Of a stretch of DNA of 64,000 bases, positions 1 to 12,088 are shown in pieces. How positions within the stretch are numbered: position 1 is the stretch's first letter; each line of letters begins with the position of its first letter. Below the pieces are notes generated by a model. It had not been told where the DNA came from and did no database searches. It saw nothing but the letters and a program-made list of their open reading frames with translations. Both the position numbers and the translations under genes were made by a program. Origin of the DNA: Callorhinchus milii (taxonomy: Eukaryota); NCBI RefSeq assembly GCF_018977255.1, contig NW_024704743.1, positions 71,426,001 through 71,490,000 of the forward strand, given 5' to 3'.

Positions 1-1238
1 TCCTATTTGTCTGTTTGGGTAAACGTCCTGCAACAGTAGTTAAAAATAAGAGAAGAGAGTTTGGGTTTTCCCCCCCTTGTCGTGGCCAGCAGTCTTCCAG
101 ATAATTTGGTTGTTCACTTTATGACTGTCGCTTTGCTTTGAGCAAATTGGCTGCTGCTGCGCTTGCTTACAAATGAACAGTCACTGCACTGGGTTTGATT
201 AACTGTGAAGCTTATTGAGATATTCACTATGGATGCCTTATCAAACCAAGGAGTTTTATTGCCTGGTCCAACCTAGTTAGTATCGCTCATGGACAATTGG
301 AGTCTGACAACAAGTATAACAAATGCTGGCAGCTGGAAACTAGGGACTTTATGTTCCTTTATGGTCCCTTTGAGTGATGTCTGGGTATTGCATGAATCAT
401 GGAGTAGGATGGTAATTTTGTGAGGCACCCTGTGGTGAAATTATAGCATAATTAGATGCTGAACTGAATGCTGTGCAAGGGAATATTGGATGCTAAAAAA
501 CAGTCTCAGGCTAAATATGAAGGACCTACAACTTTCAGCTGCCTTATTTTCTATAAAATAAAATCTTTGCTGTATTATGAAGGCTAATGAATTTAACGAG
601 CAATGTATGATGTTCAGGGGAATTGACAATGGGGAAAATTAATTATAATGAGATCAGTTTTGATTAAAAGGCATTTTCCTAAATAAAAAAAATCAACTTG
701 CTCTGCAGTGAAACCTCCTGTATTGTGGTGATACTTACATTGGAGACGGAACTTCTTAATACTGTTTCTTATTTCTACTTTCAGTGATATTTCCATGATA
801 TCAATTTGCACAATCAAATCTTCATAGAAGAAATAACATTGGCAAATACTTTGGATATAGAAAGTGCTTGTATAAGAATTTTCACTTAGATAGTAAACTT
901 GCACTTAGGTTGTGCATTTTGCAATGAATTGGATGGAAGTGCTTTATAAAGATGACGGCATCCACTGAGCAAGGAGGGAAGGAGAGGGAATTTGTACTGG
1001 GTGTTTCAGCCACTACCTGCATTCTCAAGATTACACTTTTAAACTGGGGGTGTGGGAGAAAAACAGCTGATCCGGAACCTCGATTTGTATGTGGCAATGA
1101 TGTATACATCTGTTTGAGTGAAGAATATTCAATTGTATACCTACAAGCCATTTCACAAAGTATCACATGGGTGTTTCAAGGACAAAATATGGACACGAAT
1201 TCAAAATTGACTGAAGGGAAGGAAACAAAATGTAATTG

Positions 1239-1557
1239 ATAATAATAATAATAATCCTTGCATTTGATATAGCGTTTTTCACGTTGGGAGGATGTCCCAA
1301 AGCGCTTCACAGAGTATACTGTAAAGTGAATTGACTATATTTGTGGGCGATCGCGGCAGCCAATTGTGCACAGCAATGTCCCACAAACAGTCGTAGATTG
1401 AAAATGGCCAATTTATTATTGTTTTGTTTTTTTGGAAGAATTAGTATTAGGCGTGTGGAGTAAGGAAACTTGCCCAAGGTTTCGCCCTGCCTGGAATTGA
1501 ACTCAGGTCTCTTGCTTGCAAAGCGAGTGCTCTAACCACTGAGCTACAGGACTCCAC
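1239..1557 (-). mobile_element. Young tRNA-derived SINE (tRNA head + partial Deu domain + L2-like tail), full length
   Basis: Reverse complement begins gtggagtcctgtagctcagtggttagagc (A box)...gagttcaattcc (B box) and ends aaatgcaagga(tta)n; near-identical to 35836 and 38750 copies. Confidence 0.9.
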
Positions 1558-1734
1558 AATAGGGGAGCTAGGTCAAAATCGAGGGAGATTTTAAGTGGAG
1601 TGTCTTGGATCTGTATTCGAAGCGCACCGGGACACTACCCCGCGTAAAGGGATGTTGTATAAGTGCAATTTGTTGTTGTATTGGGACCACTTCCTGTCCT
1701 TTATATATTTTAGTGACTTGGATTCATAGACTCA

Positions 1735-2545
1735 GAGCAAGTAGTTAGGTTTGCAGATGACACCAAGTTGGAGAAAACTGGAATCAGAAGAAGCAGCAAA
1801 GGTCTTACGTAGAAAGCTTGGCAGGGCACAAAGATTGATGACTGGCAAGTGAAGTTCAATGCAGATAAATGTAAAATACTAAATATAGGCAGTAAAAAGT
1901 ACAGGTATTCTCTGGATTAAATTAATTCATCAAAGGGAAAGCTTGGAAGCTAGAGGTGTTAGTTGATTCAATCCTCACTGTGTCAAAACAGAATCAACAA
2001 GCAAGGCAAACAGGGTGTTGGACTAAATCAGTGGTGGCCAAACTTTTTGGTTAAAAATAGATGTTTCTTGATTGAATATTTCTTGATTTATGGCATAAAT
2101 CTGTGCTATGTTCTATGATTATTTTATTGGCATCTAGAGTGCTGCATATAATTCCGGTCATTGGAACATAAAGGGTTTGCCCTGGCTCTAGAAACAGTCT
2201 AGAGTAAAGCTACTTGGATAATTCCCAGCATTAGAGGAATGAGCTACAAGCAATAAGCTAAGGCTCATCAGCCTTGATAAGCGACATCTCAGAGAGGACC
2301 TTATACAAGATACAAGATTTTAAAAGAGATTGAAAAAGAAAACCCAAAACAATATTGTCAGACATTACAGGACAGCAAAAGAAGTGGACACTGGTTTGGG
2401 GAAATAAAAGGCAGTTTCAGATCAGACACCCGAAAGTATTTCTTTACCCAGAGGATAATTAGTGACTGGAACAGGTTGCCAGGGAGTGGCTGGTCGAGGT
2501 CAAGACATTAGACTCATTTTAAAAAAAACACTTAATACAATGCAC
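1735..2545 (+). mobile_element. CR1-clade LINE 3' fragment, decayed
   Basis: tttgcagatgacaccaagttg (FADDTKL), W.VKFNADKCK, agaggaccttatacaa (RGDLI-like), ttctttacccagagg..tggaacaggttgcca (FFTQR..WNRLP). Confidence 0.8.
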
Positions 2546-2619
2546 AATAAAATAAAAAAATTACATTTAAGTCAAACCTTTCATGTTAGGGGGGCATACC
2601 GAAGAGCTTAACAGTACTG

Positions 2620-2740
2620 TTAATTTCGCCCACAAATATATACAGTCAATTCACTTTGCAGTCTCTTCCGTGAAGCGCTTTGAGACGTCTAGAAGACGTG
2701 AAAAGCACTATATTAAATGCGAAGATTATTATTATTATTA
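2620..2740 (+). mobile_element. tRNA-SINE 3' fragment (representative; similar fragments near 8000-8125, 13508-13590, 27585-27695, 29430-29545, 33695-33850, 39770-39860, 46270-46392)
   Basis: cacaaatatacagtcaattcacttt...gaagcgctttgagacgtc...gtgaaaagcactat..aaatgc.aag(atta)n tail. Confidence 0.8.
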
Positions 2741-3240
2741 CTGGCTGGGCACCCAAGCTGGGGAGGGGAAAGATGACCGAAAGCATGGTCAAACAAGTAG
2801 GACTTCAGAGCACCTTGAATGAAGTGAGGGAAGGGGGAAGCTGGAGGAACACTGGTATGGAGTTCCAGAGAGTGAGGGTTGAAAGGCTGAAAACCCATCC
2901 ACCGTAGGTGGGGCAGGCAGAGCAAAGGACATGAAGCTTGATGCTGTACTGGATGGATCCCATTGATATGCTGGAAGGATAAGAACTGCTTTATTTATCC
3001 GAAAGTCTCTTTTGACCTTGTGCTAAATCCTTTCAACCAAATGGAGAATTAAGGTGCCTGCTTTTTTCAGTGTACCAACTATTTGTGCTGGGCTATGTTG
3101 TGGGCAATGCTAAATCCAATATGTCATGTTGATTGCTTTAAGTCTGGAAATTAACAGGAAAAAACACATTTTTTTGTCCCTATCAATATTGCTCAGAAAA
3201 TTAATAATTACTATATATATATATTTATATACATTTATAG

Positions 3241-3512
3241 GTGGCGCCTCTTTGGACCTCAATTCTGCAGAGCCCAAACCAAAGAAATGGATCCTTGACA
3301 TGACCTGGCTAAATCTTGTGCAGCTGTCTCAGTCATATCCATTCAACCAACTGCTAGTGCAAGTGACGAAAAATGATAAGGCCTGGAAGACCTGGTTTGA
3401 TGAAGCAGCCCCTGAAGAGTCTCCCCTCCCTGATGGCTATGATGACGTGCTGGATGTGTTCCGCAAACTACAACTAATTCGCAGTTGGTGCCCTGATCGT
3501 ACTATTGCTCAG
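3241..3512 (+). CDS. dnah5l: Dynein axonemal heavy chain 5-like (gamma-type outer-arm dynein), internal exon A (phase 1 start)
   Basis: tttatag|GT acceptor at 3240/3241, CAG|gtaaat donor at 3512/3513; encodes [30 protein letters not shown]...[13 protein letters not shown], matching DNAH5/DNAH8 sequence before AAA6. Confidence 0.93.
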
Positions 3513-3959
3513 GTAAATTGATTTGTTGAATCAAACTGCACTACAGCTATTATAGTGTAAATAGAATTAGGTTATTTATTACATATAATGTCTCAGCCTC
3601 AATAGACCCTACAGTAATAAAGTCACTATATCTGTTCATTATAAATATAAGAATAAATGATCCTTACAAATGATATTGTGCCTTTCAAGTCTCGAAGCAT
3701 TTCACAGGATATACTGTCAACAACACCTTGTTGACAACAGCATTTTATAGTGTCCTTCACACGAGTCCTGTCACATTTAATGTGTATTTTGTGGGCGAAC
3801 ACGGCAGCCAATTTCCACATAGTAACGTCCTACAAAGAGCAATTAAATCATAAAATAAGTTTATCCCTTATTGGTAAAGATATTGATCTCTCTCCTGGAG
3901 CTTGCTTTTGCCATAATCTGAGGATACGGGAGGGAGGGGTGATGCTCTGGAGAAATTTC

Positions 3960-4216
3960 TAAGTTGAGAATGTGGATCTTCTTTTAGGGTGAAGGAAAAG
4001 GGTTCTGGAAATCTGGAATTCTCTCCCTCAAAAAGCTGTGAATGCTGGGTGAAGTGGTATTTTCAAGTCTAAGGTGGATATATGTTTGTTAGGTAAGGGT
4101 ATCAAGGGATAGGGAGAAAAGGCAGGTAAATGAGTTAACGTACAGATAAGCCAAGATTTAAATAGAATAGTGGAACAGGCTCAAGAGGAAAAATGGCCTA
4201 CCCCTGTTCCTATGTT
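3960..4216 (+). mobile_element. CR1 3' end
   Basis: tggaattctctccctcaaaaagctgtg (WNSLPQKAV), ggtaagggtatcaagggata, tail ggcctacccctgttcctatgtt. Confidence 0.75.
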
Positions 4217-4976
4217 TGTATTTTTGGCATGTATAGGATATGCCATTGAATATTTTACAAGACATTTGACAAAGAAACTGAATGTAAATAACCTGTAAAA
4301 AAAATCCTGAGTACTGAGTTTATTTAGGTCTGGTTCAACAAAACACGTTCTGCTCTGTTCATATTATTTAATATGATTTATTATTCTTTGTGTTCTTTCT
4401 GTTGTTGAAAGTGTACAAAATGTTCCCTCATGTTCACAGACCTGAAATTTCTTATGATCTTGGCCTTGAACCATTTTCTTAAACATTTAAGATGGTGCAT
4501 AATTTTGGGGAAAAAAATTCGAAAACAAATCTTTGGAAACAGAGGTCCAAATTAAAACACAATTAAATTCCTAAATTTCTGCAGTATCTTAACTTTCCAG
4601 GCAGTGGTTTTAAGGTTAAGACCATGATGATTTGGGGCTTTTGTTTTTTCCCCAGTTTTCAATGGTATATTGGGATTATTGGAGCGGTATTAACTACGCT
4701 TTGCAATACTTTTCAGTGAAGAGAATGTCTTCTGGTATCCTGACCAGCAATCCCCCAATAACTAAATCAATTGATTTTTCTCATCATGACTCTTTGCAGG
4801 ACATTGCTGTATGCGAATTGTCTGGCACGTTCGCCCATAAAACACAGAGTCAGTCTTACACTTTAGAGTGCATGTTGTGAAACACTTTGAGACATCCTTC
4901 CAATGTGAAAGATGCTATACCGAGTGTAAGAGTTATTATTATTATAATTATAATACAGTAATGTTGTTTATTCCAG

Positions 4977-5141
4977 GCACGTCATTACATTGCTCAGGCA
5001 CTCGGACCAAAATATGCAGAAGGAGTTATTTTAGACATGGAAGCGATGTTGGCAGAAGGTGATAATCGAACACCTCTCGTGTGTTTCCTTTCTATGGGTT
5101 CTGATCCTACAGAAAATATTGAGCGTCTGGCCAAGAGCAAG
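4977..5141 (+). CDS. dnah5l: DNAH5-like exon B
   Basis: ttccag|GCA acceptor, AAG|gtacat donor; 165 nt, [55 protein letters not shown] (start of AAA6 region); not in the ORF track in this frame. Confidence 0.93.
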
Positions 5142-5976
5142 GTACATTAACAAGTCAAGAACACTAACTGCTTCCCTCTATGTTAATTTTCTATCGCACC
5201 ATTGTGCATTTTTCTTGATTTTATAGAATATTGGCAGATATAAATTAATTTGAAGACTTAAATTTTCAGGCAATGGTTCAATACATGAACATGTATAACA
5301 TTGGAACTGCATCCATATAAAAGCTGACATGCGTGGATATAAACTTTTATATCATTCATGTACCACATGGGACCATTAAGTCATTTGTGTAGGAAATACA
5401 CATGATGTATATGGGAGATTAATGCTATTTAAACAGTTGATTTATCTAATTAATAAATACTGGCTCCTCCATTATAAATACAACTTGTCTTCCTCTTGGA
5501 TACCATTTCCTCTGCTATTTAAGGTGTGCAACTTAATGGGGATGATAAAATGCTCGAAACGAAAACTGCAGCATCAATTTCATGAGTCTTTTGCAGGAAA
5601 CCACTTGTGTCAATAGCCAGACTGTTTTCCCACAGGCAAGTTGTGCTGTTTTAATTGATTAAACCCCAACACACATTTTAGAATCCCCAAGTCTTTGCTC
5701 TTGCCAATCTTCACCTATATTCTCCAGAATTAGGTAAGCAGGGTGCATCCCTCCAGGGAGACATTTTCATTCATACGGACATTTCTATGTGCAGATTGGC
5801 ATGTGTATGTGGAATTCTCAGTCTAGTTTGGATACTCTTGAGCATGGTGATGGGTTTCTGCATGTGTCAAACACTCAGATAATCTCAAAAAAATAAAAAT
5901 TCAAGAATTATTATTCACATGGCAGTTTCCTTTGTACTCAGTTGACCTTTGCTTCCTCTGTTTAACATCCCTTTAG

Positions 5977-6244
5977 AACACTCCCTGCCGTGCCATTTCC
6001 ATGGGGCAGGGCCAAGAAATCCACGCCAGGCGTTTGCTTACACAGAGTATGCAGGACGGTGGTTGGCTTCTTCTACAGAACTGCCACCTTGGCTTGAATT
6101 TCATGGACGAGCTTCTCGATACTGTCACTACAACAGAATCTGTAAATGACGGATTCCGAACCTGGATCACGACAGAGGTTCATCCAAAGTTCCCCATCAA
6201 CTTATTGCAGTCCTCGATTAAATTTACCAATGAACCTCCTCAGG
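5977..6244 (+). CDS. dnah5l: DNAH5-like exon C (AAA6)
   Basis: ctttag|AAC acceptor, CAGG|gtaagg donor; [21 protein letters not shown]...[13 protein letters not shown]...[31 protein letters not shown], canonical dynein AAA6 motifs. Confidence 0.95.
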
Positions 6245-6974
6245 GTAAGGCTAAGATTTTCCTGTGTGTTCAAACACATTTTTATTATTTTAAAAAAAAC
6301 AGAACAATAGTAAATGATGTGACTGTTAACAGTCTCATTAGATTGCGGATATTTTTTCCGTTCTCCTGCCCGCATCCTCCATTCAGTTGTCCTCCTTGGG
6401 AATGCTACAGGTCGTTTGCTCACCACACTTCTCACAATCCCACTGTTGGTGGCTGAAATTTCAACCAATGTGCCCTTGCGCTCTAGAGTTCTCTCCCAAA
6501 ATGTCTTCACTTCGTGCCCAATCTGCCTGCCTTCAAATCCCTGCTAAAAAGATTTTTGTTTGATCTGTCCTTTGCTCAACATCCTCAACCTGCCCTCCCA
6601 TCTTCCTCAGTGATGATAATCCTTGAATTTGATATAGCACCGTCAAATGAGCAGAGAAACGAAATTCTCTTCTGCTTGATCAGGTTGAATGTTAAAGATT
6701 CCATTTGAAAAGAGGAGTTTTTCTCGATGTCCTGATCGACAACACTCCGAATAAAACTGGTCATTCACTTCCTGGCACAAATTGGCTGCTGTATTCACCA
6801 ACAAAACACATAGTCATTACACTTTACAGTGTATCTTGTGAAGTGCTTTGAGACAACCTGACGTGAAAGGTGCTTTACCAAATGTAAGGATTATTATTAT
6901 ATTAATAATAGTAATAAATTCACACTATACAGTGGATCTTGTGAAGCATTTTGAGATGTCCTCCTGACATTAAA

Positions 6975-7862
6975 GGTTTTCAGAGCCTCGGCTCAACCTT
7001 CATGGCTCTGTCCTTGACTGGTTCAGATCGTATCTCTCACACTGCCTCCACTTCATCTCCACAAATGGTTTCTCCTCTAGCCCCCGCACCATCTTGTGTG
7101 GCATTTCCCAGGGCTCTGTCCTTAGTTCCCTCATCTTGAATATCGGTATGCTCCCTCTTGATGACATCATCCCCAGACATGAGGTCAATTTCTAACTTCC
7201 TCATCCTTGCCATGACCCACTCTGCCTTCCCCCACCTCTGCAACATCACCCGCCTCCATCACTGTCTCACATCGCAGGCCGCCGAAACGCTCATACACGC
7301 TTTCATTACATTGAGGCTTGACTATGCAAACTCCTTGATTGTCGGCCTTCCCGACTCCTCTCTCCATAGATTGCAGATCATCCGGAACTCTGCAGCCCGT
7401 GTCCTCTCCCGCACCAGGCTCCGTGACCCTATCACCCCCATCTTCACCCGACTCCATTGGCTTCCCATCACACAGAGATGACAGTTCAAGATTCTGGTCC
7501 TCACCTTCAAAGCTCTCCATGGTCATGCTCTGCGACCTAATCCCCAACCATCCTGCTCACTCCCTCCACTCAGTGGGCTCCGGTCTGCTTCACATCCCCC
7601 GCCCTCGCTCGTCCCATTATTGGTGGGCGGGCCTTCTGCCACTCTGCCCCCACCCTCTGGAACTCCATCTCTGTCTCGACCCCTCCCTTGCCTCCTTCAA
7701 GACCCATCGCAAGACCCTTCTCTTTGACCGGGCTTTCGATCAGCCCGCTTCCCCCCCTGCAACCTCTCCTGAAAACAAAAACAGCTCGTGTCCGAAACTC
7801 TGATTCTCCAGTGCCTTGGAACGTCCTCCCGATGTGAAAGGCGCTGTACAAATGTAATTTTG
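6975..7862 (+). mobile_element. L2-clade LINE 3' fragment (decayed RT ORF2 with internal deletion)
   Basis: Encodes GSVLDWFRSYLS, QGSVL, and LIHAFITLRLDYANSLIVGLP..LQIIRNSAARVL..LHWLPI; stem-loop tail and (TTG)n. Confidence 0.9.
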
Positions 7863-8620
7863 TTGTTCTTTTATATTAAATTCAAGGATTATTATAATAA
7901 TAAATTACTACATGGGACATATCTAAAATACATTTTTGCCAGTAGTAAATTTTTGTACATTAAAATCCTGGTAGAGTGAAATAAAGCTCAGTACTACTAC
8001 TAATAATAATCCTTGCATTTGATACAGAACCTTATCACGTCTTTGAGCCATCTCAAAGCGCTTCACAGAATATACTGTAAAGTGGAATGACTGTATATTT
8101 TGTGGGAGAAACATGGCAGACAACTGGTAAAAGAAGATTTTTCATTGAAAACAATGGTAGTTAAGCAGACTATTCCTCCCGTTTATATTTAGTTAATGGT
8201 TTAATATTCAGATACGAGAAAGACCAGACTGAATGTCATTATCGTTAGTTATGGAAGAATGATTAGTTATGGAAGAATAAATTGATGTCTGAGCAACTAT
8301 TCCCTTTAACCACACACATTCAGTGGGGTGCCCATTACCTGTCTAATATGATTTAGTGCATAGATTGTAAAGGTTGTTCTCTCCCAGGAGGAATAAAAAC
8401 GCACGGTATGATATGAGCATCTCTTTGGGCTCTGAATGTAGTTATTTTTCAGGGAGAGAGCAGATGGTAAAATCGTTCTTCCATTCATTACTTGCACAAC
8501 CATAAATTTTGAAGTGAAATACACAACATTTTAACATTAAGAAAAGCCAAATATAGTTTTGATATTTCCCTGCTTTGAAATATCATAAAATAACGCGGTA
8601 TTTAGCTCTATATTTGTAAA

Positions 8621-9319
8621 CTAGCTGTACCATTTGCAGCTTTGCTTGCAATCGAAGGATCCAATTTGGAATGTAGATTGACACACAGACATATATTTCA
8701 TCTTTATCTATACTCATCTGGGAGGACTTCTGTGGGAGGACTTTGTCCTTTAGTTTCATTAACGGGCCTTCTCTCTTTTGTCTAGCAATTTTACTTATCC
8801 TTGAAAGGTTTGATTTTCGCTTAGGCATCTTTAAAATAATAAATATAAATGCATAATCTATAGTCACTGGGACGGCCTCCTGACGTGAAAGGAGCTTTAA
8901 AAATGTTATTTTGTTGTTGTTGCCGCGGCTTAGCTGCATCTGTGTTCTTTATTTTGTTCCCACCACTGCTTGGCTACGTGCGTGCTCTGTGACGTATGAT
9001 GCCACAGCGTGACCAGGTGTAACTGCAGTGTGTGCGAACATACATAGGTGCTCTGAAGCACAGCGCCACGTTGACTTGGTGGCCACCAGATGTAACTGCA
9101 GCAAAAATGCAAAACTGAAATAACTCATAAATGATAGGAGATACCCAAAACAAATATGCCCATGTCACTCCTAGTTTCAAGACCTTTCCGATGAGGTATA
9201 AATCATGTCTCTACGTCAATCGGTTATTGAAATCCTTTTTAAAGCGCAGTCAAACATCGTCGTTTTATTAGTATACATAAAATATAAAGATACATATATA
9301 ATATATAAAGATAGATAGA
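8621..9319 (-). mobile_element. Non-autonomous Helitron (rolling-circle DNA transposon) remnant
   Basis: Minus strand begins A|TC..TATACTAATAAAACG (5' boundary between 9290 and 9319) and ends gcaagcaaagctgcaaatggtacagCTAG|T at 8621; carries ATG at 8828 encoding MPKRKSNLSRISKIARQKR, resembling Rep/Hel N-termini. Confidence 0.7.
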
Positions 9320-9433
9320 TAGGGGAGGGAGACCTCGCCCGGGGGTTGGCTGACTAACCGAGTACAATTATAAATCTTGTTCCAACAGAAATAATTTCAC
9401 TGTTTGTCCATTTATTCTCGTGTAACTGTGCAG

Positions 9434-9555
9434 GTGTGAAAGCTGGCCTGAAACGGACTTACACCAGCATTACCCAAGAACATCTGGATATTAGCAACAT
9501 GGTTCAGTGGAAACCTTTATTGTATGCTGTGGCCTTCCTTCATACAACTGTACAG
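9434..9555 (+). CDS. dnah5l: DNAH5-like exon D
   Basis: gtgcag|GT acceptor, CAG|gtgaag donor; (G)VKAGLKRTYTSITQEHLDISNMVQWKPLLYAVAFLHTTVQ; phase matches flanking exons. Confidence 0.93.
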
Positions 9556-9570
9556 GTGAAGTCTTTTACT

Positions 9571-9695
9571 GAAAACAAAAACAGAAATCGCTGGGAACAC
9601 TAAGGAGGTCACGCAGTACATGCTGCCTGACCTGCTGTGTGTTCCTAGCACTTTTGTTTTTGTTTTCAGATTTCCAGCATCTGCAGTATTTTGTG
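9571..9695. repeat. Penelope-like palindromic remnant (hairpin)
   Basis: Inverted arms gaaaacaaaaacagaaatcgctgggaacac..aggtcacgcag / ctgcctgacctgctgtgtgttcctagcacttttgtttttgttttc, followed by agatttccagcatctgcagtatttt. Confidence 0.6.
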
Positions 9696-11296
9696 TTTTG
9701 AAGCCTTTTATTTTGTCAATATTTTGTCATTGGAAAGACAAATTTTATTTAAAAAAGAATGTTTGAAATTCCTCAGTGAAATAACTGTAAATAAATATTG
9801 TGGCCAAAATGAAATTTAATTCATTGATTAATCCAGTCACAAAACAATGGCTTGCATTATTCATCACAGAACTGTATTGAGCCCAGCAATCTTTGAAAGT
9901 AAATAAATAGATAGATACTTGGAAAATAAGGTTGTTAAATGAGTTAGAGAAAAGACAAAGAAATAGGATTAGAAAAACCTATCACAATCTGATAAAATGG
10001 TGGAACAGGCTCAATACCCTTAAAAAATAATAAGACTCCCATGTTATCACGTCACAGAATTTACTGTAAAAGTAGTAACTGTGCATTATAGGCAAAGTGT
10101 ATTTTATAACAGCCTCCTTATGACTTGTGTACCTAAATTATGTTACTGTGCAGCTCAAACCAGGTATAGTGAAAGGAGGTTATGATACCACTCGTTTCCT
10201 AATTGTGAAAAGACATATCAACTATCGTTGTTGAACAAACTGCAGCTACAAACAATGGGTTCATTATTTGCATCATCTGATACTTGTTCTTTCTAACAGG
10301 AACTGATAGGAACTCAAATGATAGCTAAGCCTCTCCAAATACGATAATAAATGTAATCTTAAACTGAGTTAATTTAGCAATCTCTTGACATTAGATAGGC
10401 TTGTGCTAATTTGCTCTGTTTGTTGGGTAATTCCCCTTTGGCTAGGATAAGTTTCAAAGCAATTTCACAGTAATCAGGTAGCTTTGCAAAAAATCTCAGT
10501 GACTTTTCCCTAATGTTACCTGGGACTTAATCAAATGCATAAAACTCCAGTACCTAATATTAATGAGCTCTCCTAAAATTACAGTAACAGAGAGCTGCTG
10601 TATTAGAACTTTACTCACTCTTATACAATCAAATCCTCATTGATCGGACGCCATGTACTCAATTAGATCCCAGACGAATGTTCCATGTAAAGCACTATAC
10701 ATGTTATTTTGTGCATATTTAGGCCCTAGTGGTCAATTTCTAATTTGCATTTGTGGTCACAGAGAAAGTTCAGGTGATCATGTGAAAAGAAGGAAGGGAA
10801 ATAAGATGTTTTGAAAAAGTTTACATTTTTTCCCATTTTCCATTCCTGATCTCCTGGCTAACAATTTTTGATGTGATGCAAATACAAGTATTAAACAAAG
10901 GTCTGATTTCCCTGCCTCAGGTTTATGTTGAAGATCCTATGACACTGTAAGAAAAGAGAAGGACGTTTCTCCTGGTATCGTGGTCCACAACCTCCCAGCT
11001 TGATTGGTCACTTTAGTGCCATTTGCTGTGCATGACAGCAATTTGCATTTATATAGTGCCTTTCATTTGGGGTTGTGTCTCAGAGCTCTGAATAGATGTC
11101 TTGAAAAATAGTCACTAGACTTAGACAATAATTGCTGTAAAATACTTTCAGACATTTTAGCACATAAAGCACTGTAAAACTGCAATTTCCTTCTACCTTG
11201 TGAATCAATCATTGAAATAAATTGCATGTTGAAATAATGAAACAATGATTGGCATTTAATCTATTCTAGTTTTTTATTTCAACTTTACTTGTACAG

Positions 11297-11644
11297 GAAA
11301 GGCGCAAGTTTGGTCCACTGGGCTGGAATATCCCGTATGAGTTTAATCAAGCGGATTTTACAGCCAGCGTTCAGTTTGTGCAGAACCACCTGGATGAGAT
11401 GGACATTAAGCGTGGTGTGAACTGGAACTGTATGCGGTACATGCTGGGAGAAGTGCAGTATGGGGGCCGTGTAACTGATGACCTCGACAAGCAGTTGCTC
11501 AATACTTTTGCACGAGTGTGGTTTGGGGAAAATATGTTCTCAGATAAATTCTGCTTCTTCAAGGATTATGTTATCCCCAAGGGCAAGACTATCCAAGACA
11601 TCTTACAGTACATTGAGAGTCTGCCACTGGTTGATACGCCTGAG
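11297..11644 (+). CDS. dnah5l: DNAH5-like exon E (AAA lid)
   Basis: gtacag|GAA acceptor, GAG|gtattt donor; 348 nt, [21 protein letters not shown]...[30 protein letters not shown]...SLPLVDTPE. Confidence 0.95.
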
Positions 11645-11899
11645 GTATTTAAGATTTACATTTGTATTCGTTCCCACCATAGCAAAATCTCCCTTTAGCC
11701 GAATGCTATTGCTGCCAATATTTTAACAGCAATAAATGCAAATTTTCCTGCAGAGCAGTAACTACACTTCAAAGTAACTCATTTTGTGAAATGTTACACT
11801 AAAATCCGTAATGTTTACTGTGCTCTCTGTTTGGCCTCTAAAAATGCAGTACAGTACAACAAACAAAAATACATTTTGAGAATATTTTTATTTCTACAG

Positions 11900-12088
11900 G
11901 TATTTGGGTTGCATTCCAATGCAGACATTACCTATCAGACTAACATGGCAAATGAGACCCTTAGCACAATAGTCAACATCCAACCCAAAGACAGTGGGGG
12001 TGGTGAAGGAGATACCAGGGAGAGCACTGTACAACGCCTTGCAAGTGAGATGCTGGAAAAACTCCCACCAGACTATATTCCATATGAG
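11900..12088 (+). CDS. dnah5l: DNAH5-like exon F
   Basis: ctacag|GTA acceptor, GAG|gtaaag donor; [63 protein letters not shown]. Confidence 0.95.
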
